This document shows positions 39,201 to 49,393 of a stretch of DNA of 64,000 nucleotides, piece by piece. The stretch is from Oopsacas minuta (lineage: Eukaryota > Animalia > Porifera), in NCBI GenBank assembly GCA_024704765.1, contig JAKMXF010000022.1, forward strand, positions 821,055 to 885,054. Direction: 5' to 3'. Numbering within the stretch: position 1 is the stretch's first letter; every line of letters starts with the position of its first letter. The translations under genes and the position numbers were made by a program. A model generated the notes under the pieces. It was not told the DNA's origin. It ran no database searches and was given only the letters and a program-made list of their open reading frames with translations.

Positions 39201-41273
39201 TACTCTGATACCAAATATGCTACATATCACACTACACCATTCTAGTAGTAGCTCAAGTGTATTAGAGTTCAACTGGTCACTTCCCTGGTTACCAGTTCGC
39301 TCGTTAGGAATGTAGTTGTCATGTATCGAGTGCTTAACGCGAATATAAACTATTTCGCGACGAAGTAGAAACTCATCCAACTTGATAGCGATGCGGAAAT
39401 GGAAGATAAGCGCCCAAATAAGAGATAGAGTTTTCTCTCTATGACCAATAGCAATATCTTTGCTACTAATACCAAGATCTATCTGAGTAATTTCCTTCAA
39501 TTTCTCTAGAAACATTTTATTGTTTGCAAGTTTAGGACTCATACTGGTAGCAGGAATACGTAGCTTATGAGAGAGACTCCAGTCTTGTGTTAGGAGCTCC
39601 AAGAGGCGAGAGAGACGGACTCCGTCTCTTAGGTCAACAGCTAGATTCTTAACTTTGTAGTCAAACTCATCCAAGAATGATTGTTTGTGAGTAACACGAT
39701 AACCGAGATTACTCAGATGTTTAGTGATGTCACCTTCTCCCTGTAGGAAGCTGCTGGAGAAATATAAAATCAATTCTCGAGAAGATTTGATACGAGAACT
39801 TTTGAAGAGACAAGGATCATGGTTGATAAGTTTTTGTCGTTTAGCCATATCCAGAAATAGAATAAGTGTGAAGTATTTGAACATAATGTGCTTACTGATA
39901 GCTAGATCGTATCCCTTGGTGAATAGGCCAGGTACTTTCCTGTGAGAGAACTTAGCTGATATATTTCGCGAACTGAAAAGATTTAGAGTTAAAAATTTAT
40001 GAATTGTCCTAGAATCCATTTCATGTGTGACAGGTATTGTACAGTTAAAGACAGCCTCGAGACCTAGTCGTAACCAGAGGGGATGGTAGGAGAGGATGGT
40101 GCGTAGCAGGTCCTCTTTCAGTCCCACATCCTTCCATACCTGTTTTTCTGGCCGGATCTTTAGTCGACACTTTTCAATCTCAGTGTGTAGTGTGTACAGA
40201 GTTGAGGTAAACTGTGTACTGCTATAGAGGGTCTTCATTTTGGTTCGGAGATGGTAGAGGTATTTGCGTTGTGTGACAGAGTACTTGGGTTCTCCTGAGG
40301 GCAGGATACTGTCAGAGGGGGAATTAATGCCCCTGAAGGTTGTAGTTAGGTTTATAGAATATCTCTTAGTGGGAGGGGAATTGTCAGATTGGATAGAAGT
40401 GAAATTGGAGGAGTCTTGAGGAGATAGGATGAAGTTAAGCCAATGTGTGAATGCGCAAATCTGTTTGTCTGCCCATTGACTATCAAATATACCAGCACCA
40501 GGAGCATTTACACAGAATGTCAGATTTCTCCTCTCAGCAGCTACCATACTCACATCTTGGTTCTTAGCAAGGAAGCGGTTTTTGATAGAATTACAAACCA
40601 TAGGAGTAGAGGCAATGAAGGATTGAGAAGGAAAAGAGAGAGCACTGTCATCTACATCTATTAAAGTGTGTGAAGAGACCGGGTTGACTGCTAGTGAGGT
40701 AAGAGGGGCACGAAATGCTGACGTAATATTATGTTTGGTAAAAGAGACTTGTGTGTCACCAAAGAGAACTCTTTGAGATTTTCTAGTAACAACATGTACT
40801 TTACCATATAAGGTAACTTTAGAAATGAATCTACAGCCCCATTTGAATACGAGCGATGTGTGAAGGTCATCTGGGATTATAGGCGTCCATGTGATTCGTA
40901 TCAGAGCAGATGAATTAGGAGGCAAATGGTAGAGAAAAGAATCTTTTAGGTTAGGTAAAGGGTTGTCTGCATCTGCTATCGGGAGACGGAGAGTCTCAAT
41001 ACGGACGGCGGTGCTTTCTGAGGGAGCAGTAAGGAGGGCAGTCATGAGAACATCTTTAGGGTTGAATATATTCAGTTTACAGGATCTAGATTCCCGCATG
41101 TGGGTGGTACCAAGATCTATCTTTGTTGGAGGCTGGAAGGGGACAAACAGGAGCTCGTGGTATGGATCAGAGTCCTCATGAGAGGGCGTAACGGTAGGAC
41201 TAAGGAATGGGAGATAAATAGAGGAGGTAGTATTCTGTGAGGGATATACATCACGAGAAGGGCTTGTGGCCAT
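36252..41273 (-). CDS. ASPM: Abnormal spindle-like microcephaly-associated protein (ASH, CH domains, IQ repeats, C-terminal helical domain), single 5-kb exon
   Basis: 'WADKQICAFTHWLNFIL', 'SYHPLWLRLGLEAVF', 'NLAVDLRDGVRLSRLLELL', 'FTSSFKDGRALCYILHYYHP', many IQxxxRGxxxR motifs. Confidence 0.93.
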   Translation of the reverse strand: MATSPSRDVYPSQNTTSSIYLPFLSPTVTPSHEDSDPYHELLFVPFQPPTKIDLGTTHMRESRSCKLNIFNPKDVLMTALLTAPSESTAVRIETLRLPIADADNPLPNLKDSFLYHLPPNSSALIRITWTPIIPDDLHTSLVFKWGCRFISKVTLYGKVHVVTRKSQRVLFGDTQVSFTKHNITSAFRAPLTSLAVNPVSSHTLIDVDDSALSFPSQSFIASTPMVCNSIKNRFLAKNQDVSMVAAERRNLTFCVNAPGAGIFDSQWADKQICAFTHWLNFILSPQDSSNFTSIQSDNSPPTKRYSINLTTTFRGINSPSDSILPSGEPKYSVTQRKYLYHLRTKMKTLYSSTQFTSTLYTLHTEIEKCRLKIRPEKQVWKDVGLKEDLLRTILSYHPLWLRLGLEAVFNCTIPVTHEMDSRTIHKFLTLNLFSSRNISAKFSHRKVPGLFTKGYDLAISKHIMFKYFTLILFLDMAKRQKLINHDPCLFKSSRIKSSRELILYFSSSFLQGEGDITKHLSNLGYRVTHKQSFLDEFDYKVKNLAVDLRDGVRLSRLLELLTQDWSLSHKLRIPATSMSPKLANNKMFLEKLKEITQIDLGISSKDIAIGHREKTLSLIWALIFHFRIAIKLDEFLLRREIVYIRVKHSIHDNYIPNERTGNQGSDQLNSNTLELLLEWCSVICSIFGIRVTDFTSSFKDGRALCYILHYYHPSLLSRHFICDDAKSNLEEFSDKLSSLGGVPTLPPPSDFFQTGPNEKVVIMYLSYLCAQQLELSEEIRAAVVIQRAYKRYTYRIQQKQLEQSSYDSQLCEFHEQTLAAVTIQSFYRAYLVRRYLSHARDNRKRILHEKTTAAITLQRCYRIWSAKQLAISSRNKYLSHKRIVISIQRTFRKNIKLRRDALELQANELVHRILTTSLINVNREYELATVNIQRIFRGFRARRELTQLREDRNYMIQQRCVATLEQSAVIIQSAYRGYNARKELLMLKIQSNEFYLENLSYSTIQNIIDQITNNLQQERLHSIYVIQKSYRQWSANTLALSLRKNYLSLKYIVITLQRTFRRYLQDMNHNHEVIEQSTLTIQSIYRAYKARKELKILKRQYNESYVLKLSSSTIQLVIDNTVAKLIQERQNSIRILQNSYRRWSANKLALSTRENYLSLRNSVILIQRAVRRYIEHKRIYFCLIQKTADDLVHNILTQSHMIVTKEFVKSVITLQSMYRGVKAHRELSFLRKQYNETILSKYSNSIVERVIMESKLKLEQERLMSVIRIQNCYRRWTANKLAISTRKNYLSLKSTVISLQLSIRIHLEDKKHKYELQLRNLSNALVDRVMYICITIISQEILLSTLSIQRWYRLYSSNKLTISIRNNYISMRKSATSIQRAFRKHRNYKQILKHEKAAVCIQCNFRSYRIRSEYTSRQTAVILIQQTFRKCPVYLKNRQLEKESRAAITIQSFFRGYLTRQNMESSLLSIKRRLSDATKSADISDQLKNKIPKYLDILLHSRSLSQKYDILDNLKTAVYVSEPCAIRVRREGLNILYMLVDNNVRSPSIMQRVEKAADVLLQMTKWPSIANDVFIYGQSIPIITDLLQKIYTTQPSTVRILCHLLIAFCKHPDQVATIHSMHKNSIQKMHKLLTNLKRKYSVGANRMLGKARKDLSLSIHELERVFTHFRYIT

Positions 41274-42210
41274 GAATAAGCTAATTATTGTGAAATATAT
41301 TCATATAAAGATTGTACAGTTCTAAGTATGGAAAGGGATCACTAAATTTGGAATTATTATTGTTCTAATTCGAAATATTTCTTGGTATAAAATTGCATAT
41401 TATTATTATAACTAATCATAAAATAGTTTAGAATATTCGCCTCAGATATATCAAAAGTGAAACCAAACTAAGAAAATTCCTAAGCCAGAAAAGTAAGTAA
41501 CTATGCACTGTAATATAAACAATCGAATTAATATAACTGACCTCAAATTAGTAGATGATCGAATGGAATGTGAAATAAAGAAAATAAATTGTACTGAAAT
41601 TATACAAACTGCAATACGTAACTGTTTATAGTATAAGTGAATTGAGGAGATTTGGCGCCTAATTTCTGACCAATCAAATTCGATATTCTAATAAGCGGTT
41701 TGAGAGATTTTTTGGACCATGGATTATTAAATAAAGATAATTGTAACTCGTTTTATCATAATTATATTACTATTGTCAATTATGCTAACTTACCTAGAAA
41801 GTATGCTAGAATATCCCAAAAAAGATATTTACGCCAGAAAAGTCATTGTCATAGATTTACATATGTTAAAAAGTTATAGGTATGTTCATGCCAGATTTAG
41901 AAATATCATGCTAGACTCTACCAGAAAAGTTACTGTATTAGACTTCACTTATGACTTATGAGAAAAGTCATGATGCTATTTACGGTTAAATTATTCCTGA
42001 TGTAACTCATAATGGCAATTTGGCAACACTGCTACAGAGTAAGTACCATCAATCATAGCATGATATGCATCAATCTAGTAATGTGAGCTCAAATCGACTG
42101 AATAAATGAATCAATATTATAATAATCGATGTTTAGCCCAGTGATGTTGTAGTAATAATTGTTATGGTTCAGCACACTGAATAAATATTTAGTGCATTTG
42201 CTTGTAAATA

Positions 42211-42456
42211 CAGTCAACTCCAGGTATATCGAAGCTCAAGGGACTTCGATAATAACTTCGGTATAACTAATAAGAATTCATGAAATTTAGCCCTGAAACC
42301 ATGACAAGTCGGGTAAAAGCTGAGCCTAGTTATGCACATTTAATTGACAATTGACAGAATTATTAAGTGTTAAGTTGTTCTCATATGTCACTGCTGGAAT
42401 TCGCTGCTGACGTCACACTCGTAATATTTCCCGTTCGATATGACGGTAGTTGACTG
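42211..42456. mobile_element. pogo/Tigger-like MITE, 246 bp
   Basis: TA-CAGTCAACTCCAGGTATATCGAA vs rc CAGTCAACTACCGTCATATCGAA-TA. Confidence 0.7.
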
Positions 42457-42700
42457 TACTTATCTATAATGCAAACACAGTTTCATATACATTGTTTAAC
42501 AGATTGTGATCGAAGCGAGAGGAGGAACAACTACCGTAAGTACAGGATGATCATATGGATACTAAATAATAAATATTATTACTAAAGGAATCACTCACTA
42601 ATAATCAAACTGACAATAAATATGAATACAACTAGCAACAAAAATAAATCTAGAAAGAAAAGCATAACTAATATGAGAGCTAACCACTCCATAGAATAAA

Positions 42701-44767
42701 TTACTTGGTAGCGCCACTCTGTTTCATGGACTCCAGGAGCATATCAAGTGTTTCTTTATAGGATTTAACAATTTCAATCCGTTTCAACTTCAAGGTCGGA
42801 GTCAGCATGTTATTCTCTATGGTGAACTGATCTGTTATAATAGAAACATGCTTAATCCTCTCGAATGGATTCAATCCATGTTCTCTACCATCAGCGTCTA
42901 GCTCAGTCACGATAGCTTTCAGGAGATCTTTATTCTTACAGAGATCCTCAATATTCCCCTTGACCCCCCTCTTTTCTGCCCATCCCACAAATGAATCCGG
43001 GTCTGCTACGAGGATAGATACTGGGAAGGGGTATAGAGAGTGAGCGTGTACGAATACCTGTATCAGAGCTGGGTGTCGAGTGTAACAGCCTTCTATCTTT
43101 TCTGGAGAAATATACTCTCCATTCGATAGTTTCACAATGTTCTTCTTTCTGTCAATAATCTTCAGACCACCATGATCCAACCACTTGCCTATGTCTCCTG
43201 AGTGTAGCCAGCCATCAGAGTCTAGTGCTTCCTTAGTCTTTGCTTCATCGTGTAGATATCCTTTGAACACATTGTAACCTTTGAAGCAGACTTCTCCCTC
43301 TCCCTGACTGGAGAAATAGTTCATTTCAGGCACATCAACCAGTCGTATGATGTTGCATGGTAATGGAGGACCCACATGGCCTAAATTTGATTCAGAAGGG
43401 AACTGCAGTGTAGCACCAGCAGTAGCCTCAGTCTGTCCATAGCCCTCTATCACGTAGCAACCGAGTGCACATCTCAGGAAATTCATTATGTCAGGGTCAA
43501 TGGGAGCTGCAGCAGAAGCAACCAACCTCAATCTACCTCCCAATCCTGCTTGTACCTTCTTGAATACCAGCTTATCCCAAATGGTCGTGTTACACACTAT
43601 TCCATTTCTTATGTCTATTTGCTTGCTGCGCATTGCCATGTTGAATAACTTGCGTTTCAATGAACTGGCATTCACCACAGCCATTGTACGATCGTATATC
43701 CTGTTCAGTAGTCTAGGCACAGAAGCGAATATGGTCGGCCTACAGACTGCAATATCCTCCATCAGTAATCTGACGTCTCCCTGAAAGAAACAAATCCTAC
43801 CTCCATTCATTGTCACACTGGTTTGCATGCTCCTCTCATACATGTGTGCGAGTGGTAAGTATGAGATGTAACAGTCATTCTCATTGAAGGGTGAATTACG
43901 ATTCAACACAGTCATAGCACCTGCACAATTGCTTGCTATATTTAGATGAGTTAACATGGCACCCTTTGGTTTGCCAGTGGTACCAGAGGTGTAAGAGATT
44001 GTAGCTAGATCATCTGGTTTAGCGGGGACATGATCAACACGCGCATTCTTTCCCTCCTCCTCGATGGTTGCCATAGAAATCAATTCAACCCCCTGTTCTG
44101 TTGCCAATACTTTATCCTCTTCTGTTACTGTTCCAATCTTGACTACTAGTTTGGGGATTTTCGTACCAGTAACTGTTTTGAATCGTTCTGTGAATTTGTC
44201 ACCTGATAGCACTATTACTTCAGTATTGGCCTGTGCTACTATGTGTTCTATTCCTTCCTGTCCCAGTGTATCGTACAGAGGGACTAGCACTTGAGCGTAG
44301 GAGTGACAGGATTCCTCCACGATTATCCATTCAGGACAGTTCTTGCTTGCTATTCCTACGAAAGTACCTTGACCAACTATGTGTCCCCGATTGATTAAAC
44401 CACTCCCGAAGTTGGTTACTCTCTCCTGCACCTCTGCATAGGTCAGGTACTGGTACGGCCGATTGGGCTGTCTTGTACCGAGGAAAGGCTGGTCGCGAGA
44501 TATGCCTAGACCCCGTTGGAAACCTTTATACAAAGTATCCACTTCATACACACTTTCAATCAGATTACAATCTTCTCCCAGAATTGAGTTCACCCGAATA
44601 CTCTCATCACCTCCTGGAAGAGGTTTTGACTGCCTATTTCGGTCTATAGGCATTTGTGTAGGTGCGGGTCTTCGAGAAAACATTATTGAAACAAATCCGA
44701 GTAATCCGAGTACACTAGCAAGTACTATCTCCAACAAGTGAGAACTAAGAAGTATTAGGATTGACAT
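42701..44767 (-). CDS. ACSL: Long-chain fatty-acid-CoA ligase (ACSL1/5/6 type), intronless, complete
   Basis: 'YTSGTTGKPKGAML', 'SYLPLAHMYE', 'EGYGQTE', 'GWLHSGDIG', 'IIDRKKNIVKLSNGEYISPEKIE', 'LTPTLKLKR'. Confidence 0.95.
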   Translation of the reverse strand: MSILILLSSHLLEIVLASVLGLLGFVSIMFSRRPAPTQMPIDRNRQSKPLPGGDESIRVNSILGEDCNLIESVYEVDTLYKGFQRGLGISRDQPFLGTRQPNRPYQYLTYAEVQERVTNFGSGLINRGHIVGQGTFVGIASKNCPEWIIVEESCHSYAQVLVPLYDTLGQEGIEHIVAQANTEVIVLSGDKFTERFKTVTGTKIPKLVVKIGTVTEEDKVLATEQGVELISMATIEEEGKNARVDHVPAKPDDLATISYTSGTTGKPKGAMLTHLNIASNCAGAMTVLNRNSPFNENDCYISYLPLAHMYERSMQTSVTMNGGRICFFQGDVRLLMEDIAVCRPTIFASVPRLLNRIYDRTMAVVNASSLKRKLFNMAMRSKQIDIRNGIVCNTTIWDKLVFKKVQAGLGGRLRLVASAAAPIDPDIMNFLRCALGCYVIEGYGQTEATAGATLQFPSESNLGHVGPPLPCNIIRLVDVPEMNYFSSQGEGEVCFKGYNVFKGYLHDEAKTKEALDSDGWLHSGDIGKWLDHGGLKIIDRKKNIVKLSNGEYISPEKIEGCYTRHPALIQVFVHAHSLYPFPVSILVADPDSFVGWAEKRGVKGNIEDLCKNKDLLKAIVTELDADGREHGLNPFERIKHVSIITDQFTIENNMLTPTLKLKRIEIVKSYKETLDMLLESMKQSGATK

Positions 44768-45279
44768 TTAGCCGCTATTCGTAGGAAGTTTGAAATTTGA
44801 CTGCGAGATTTAGGTATACTATTCTAAATGCAAATACCCTTTTATTCAAAACAGGGACAATAGTCAGATTAGAATGGTGACGGTTTATATTCTTTATGGA
44901 ATTTTAATTCTAATTAATAGTCTTATTGCTGGAATTTTCAAATTTATAATCTTCTGTTGAGACTTCTCGCACGAGATTAGGTAATTCTATGTTAGAGGTA
45001 TCTGTTTTTATAGCATATGTCCTGAAAATTCACATTTCAATCAATCCAGGGCTATTCATAATAATCAGTAACATAATATATGAATCTGACATAATGACTT
45101 AATTATAATCATTAGGATCTGGAAATGATGGAGGTTTAAACTAGGTTGCTACATAGAATATCCAGCAATAATGCAACATATTATTTTGTTACGGGCACTC
45201 ATTGCTGCAGGACTAATTAATATGTAGCAACGAGGATAACAGCTTAGCTTAGGCTGTTGGCCAATATAATCCATTATTA

Positions 45280-45350
45280 TCTAAATTATTAAATTTCAAT
45301 TTTTGTTTGTTTGTTTGTTTGTCTGTTGTCAAGGAAAGGATTTATGGAAC
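45280..45350 (+). mobile_element. 5' end of the Helitron-like family
   Basis: A|TCTAAATTATTAAATTTCAAT + (TTTG)n + GTTGTCAAGGAAAGGATTTATGG. Confidence 0.55.
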
Positions 45351-45480
45351 GAAATTAGTAATATACATCTTCAGAGAGTAGAGATTAGGGTTAATGTATT
45401 TAGTTATTTGCAAAGTTGTCAACTTTTGTTAAAATCAATCCGTGAATCCGTGAGGCTTGGCTACTATGTAATGTGCACCT

Positions 45481-45631
45481 AAAGCCCACCATATACACGA
45501 TGCTAATTTGTTGCATGCAACAAGGCAACATACATGGTACAACAATGTTGGAGCCAAAATAAACATGTTCCAATTTCCATACAACAAGTTGCAATATTGT
45601 TGCATACAACTCTTTACCATACATAATGTGG
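45481..45631. mobile_element. PIF/Harbinger-like MITE fragment abutting the Transib left end
   Basis: AAAGCCCACCATATACACGATGC matches the TIR of 54792-55005; TTGTTGCA repeats. Confidence 0.45.
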
Positions 45632-48554
45632 CACAGTGTGGCATCACTAGAATTAGCCAAATTTTTTGTGGTCTCATAACTATCTATAATAGTTCTAATA
45701 TTGTTCAAGAGTCTGTCGAGAATACAACTATATTGTGTTTACTGTGGTTCAGCTTCTATTTGTGAATTTAAATTCTCATTGTCCAATGACGTAATTTTAT
45801 AAGGTTCCAAAACATTTTCCGAACTATAATTACGTTATCATAAATTCTAACAGTAGATGCAATCAAATGCCTACTTGCATGTAATTCAATTCGTGATTCA
45901 TCTATAAGTATTCACTATCATAACTTTGAAAAATGATATCTCCCAAACTTAATAGAAATTTTTGAGAGAACTCTTTTTCGAAACCCCGAAAATTACCAAA
46001 TTTCGGGATGTATTTCGACATACTCAGAGGTAGATTTTTAAATGGGTACAATATGGGGCCTCTATTTTTTAACAATGTTAAAGTACTGTACTACCCTTAA
46101 TTTAATACAATTTTTAGCGCCCCATTCCCCACCCATTTCGAATTTCAATCCAAATTTCCCTGAGATCGGCTCAATTTCAAACTTGTGTTATTTATCCCAT
46201 TATTGATACTTACTAGACATTACTTCCTTCCACTAGTTCAATGGATAAAACATTTATTTCACAAAAAGAAGCGCACGATATTTATAAATCACATGGTTGG
46301 AATTGTTCTGGTGCAGCTCGTCAGATAATTTGATTTTCATTCCTTGTCAGATGATCTGTTTGAAACTATTCGTTGGAAATTAAGAAATCTTCGAAAATCC
46401 AGAGATCATTACCAGAAGATTTACAACTTAAATGTTTGGGAGGGTATGGAGTTTTATTCAGTCACTACTTGTAACTCTGGATCACAAATGTCGATTGACA
46501 CAGTCGATTCTATCCCTGAGCAGCACTCATTTATTGAAGAGAATCTAACAGAGATCAGAAAACCATTATTCAAACTCACAATGAAAGCTGCTCGAAACCG
46601 TTTGAACGTTTTGCTAAGGCATATTCAGTTCGTTGCCCAAAGGGAGCAGGTTGACGAGAAGAAAGTTGCTGCTTTAGCTCTGGAATTAATTTCTAACCAG
46701 GAATATGATCGAGAAACTTCCAGTATATGCAAAGAAATAATCGCAACAGGCACGTACGGAAATGTAAAGAAAGTTTCGACACCTATGTCAAGTTATATAA
46801 TAGATCTTCTCGAAATTGGAGCATTCAAATACACACAGTTGAAGAAATTACTGAAACAAGATATCGTATTCCCATCCTATAAAGTAATATCGCAATACCG
46901 TCAAGAAATTTCTCTTTCACGAAGCGTTTTATTTGTCACTAACCCTGAAGGTAACTCTATTGGTGTATCAGTTCCTTATTTCGAAATACTCGAACTAACA
47001 ATTCAACGACATCTTTTAAGCTTCGATTCCATTGTAAACAACTCACAATATCCTTTGTCAGTTCGAAATGCAGACGGTCTAGTTGGATGAGGCTCACACA
47101 ATTCTTACAACCAAGTGAACTCAAATCTAGGTTTAGATACACACAGTATTATTCTATTCGGATTTAAAATTCTCAGTATAACAGATAACACAGGTTTCTC
47201 ATTATACGTCAATACTTCCCCCAATTCACCTTTTTCATTCAGAGCAGTCTGCTTAATTGCGTTGAAGGAAAATCACGAAAACGTTAAATTTATTATGGAT
47301 ACACTCGTAAATCCCGCAACTAAATTAATTGTAGAACAAGGCATTGCAGTTGAAAATCGTCACATAAATGTAGAAATTATTCGATCTATATTTGATACCA
47401 AAATGGCAGGTCTATTAGATGAAGCGGGTGGTGCATCATGTCATCTTTGCACGGCCACAGGAAAGGAAATCAATAGTTTAGAGTGGGCCAGATCAGGTTT
47501 TCCAATTAATAGATACATTACTGATGCTAATCAACTATTTGACGATATTAATGAGGACGAAATATTTGCCCTACCTTCCAAAAAACACTGTGGCATTACC
47601 CACTACCCTACTTCCGAAATAAACATCTTAGCAGCTTCTCCATTGCATGCGTATCTCTGTGTCTTTAGGTGGTACATGTTAAACATATATCACTTAGACG
47701 CAGGTTGTAAAAAGTGGTCACCTACATGCACAAAAGTACAGGATTCTTTGAAACGAATAAGATCAATTATAGATGCCAAATGTAGTATCAAAATCGATAT
47801 TCTTTCTAGTCAAGGGGGGACTTCAACAACTGGTAATGTTGCACGAGACTGTTTCCGAGATAAAAGATTTCTTCAGATGCGCTACCTCCACTATTAACCC
47901 AGTTGATAAACCAACCCTTAAAATGATTCAAAACAACCTCTCGGTGATTTTGAGGATAGTTAACAGCAAAGACCACATTAATTGTCATGGTCTTGAAAAT
48001 CTTTGCAAGGAAACGTATGAATTGTTTTGAATCACTTTCCTTGGGTAAGCATCTCTCCCTCTCTTCATAAACTGCTTGCTCATTGTTTTCAAATAATTTA
48101 TTGCTATAATCATGGTTATGGACTACAAAACCTTTCTGAAGAATGCTTAGAGGCTTGCAATAAGTATGTCAGAAGGTATAGAGAAAATTTAGCAAGAAAA
48201 ACATCCTTTTCTGACAACTTTCGTGATATTTTAGTCAGACTTTTGTGCTTCAGTGACCCTGTATTGGTTTTAATTCGTCACAAAAGTATTAGAAAGGCTA
48301 AATCAAACGAAGATAGCATGCTTGAAACATCTGAACAGGATACCCTTGATGAATCCCTGATAATCTATTAAAATTATGAATTAGTGATTTTAGTGATGAC
48401 GTCATCCTCACATATTTTGAGTGAGATAATTAAAAATTTGACTTGTCCAGTGAAATGTACGGGGTCGATTTCATATATAAATATAATACAAATCTTATCG
48501 ATTTGAAGTTACAATTTGGCTAATCCCTCATTTTCGCCTTTTTGCCACACTGTG
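45632..48554 (+). mobile_element. Transib/RAG1-like DNA transposon with RSS-like asymmetric TIRs, 2923 bp
   Basis: Both ends start CACAGTGTGGCA; 5-bp TSD TGTGG (45627-45631 / 48555-48559); shared box ATTAGCCAAATT 13 nt (left) and 23 nt (right) after the heptamer; RAG1/Transib-type transposase inside. Confidence 0.92.
46241..48371 (+). pseudogene. Transib/RAG1-core-like DDE transposase (~700 aa when repaired), with 1 stop and ~3 frameshifts
   Basis: D1 'ADG..G*GSHNSYNQ' (GAC 47073); 'AVCLIALKEN'; D2 'FDTKM' (GAT 47394); 'CHLC' and 'HKLLAH' zinc ligands; 'SPLHA'; 'TTGNVARDCF'; E 'SEECLEACNK' (GAG 48150); 'RYRENLARK'; 'LLCFSDP'. Confidence 0.9.
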
Positions 48555-49393
48555 TGTGGGCTTCCCTGATTTACGGAACGAAACAGACAAGTTTTTGTTA
48601 AAGAATTTTCAAATTTGTCGCTTGACACATATTTGACCTTGAAGAGCACATAATAGTGTAAAACAACAGTTATCAAGCATTTGTTGTGAGTCTTGTGACA
48701 TCTCACGTCGATGGTAATCAATGTATCAAATTTGTATCCAATTTTACACAATTAAATTACGTAATTTGGCCTAGATTCCCCTAGAAGATTTCCCTCTCTA
48801 ATTTTCGATCTACTTTTTTGGCTAGAGGGAGGTAGTTATCCAGTCGAAAGGTGGTCCATATAATATTCACGATTAGAATGATGAAAAGTTATTTATGAGA
48901 TATTACTTTTATAAATTTCGCTCCAAAATTGAGAACATTGATTACCACCAACGCGAAAAGACAAACTAATGCTTGACAACCGTCATGATGCAATATTCTG
49001 TGATTTAAGGGCCAAATGTGCATACGCAACATTAGAAATTTCTTCCAGAAAACTCTTCCTTTCCATTCCATGAATTAGGGACGTCTCATAAAGTTGCATG
49101 CATTTGTTATAGCTTACGAATAATTCCTGGTTTAGAATTTATAGATTACTTAGTTGTTACATTGAAGATTTAAAGTTGATATTCCAATCTAATTAGGTGC
49201 AAAATACGTTGTCAACAGAGATTCATAAAACCGAGTATTAATTCAGTGTAAAGCCAGAATTGTTAACATGGAGAAATGGTGTTGAGACTGATTGCTGTGG
49301 AAATATAATTTAGGAGCATCGTAATCTAAGATTCCAACTAGAAAACCATATAAAAATTGCAAAAATAATCAAAAAGCATCAAATTCTTACATA

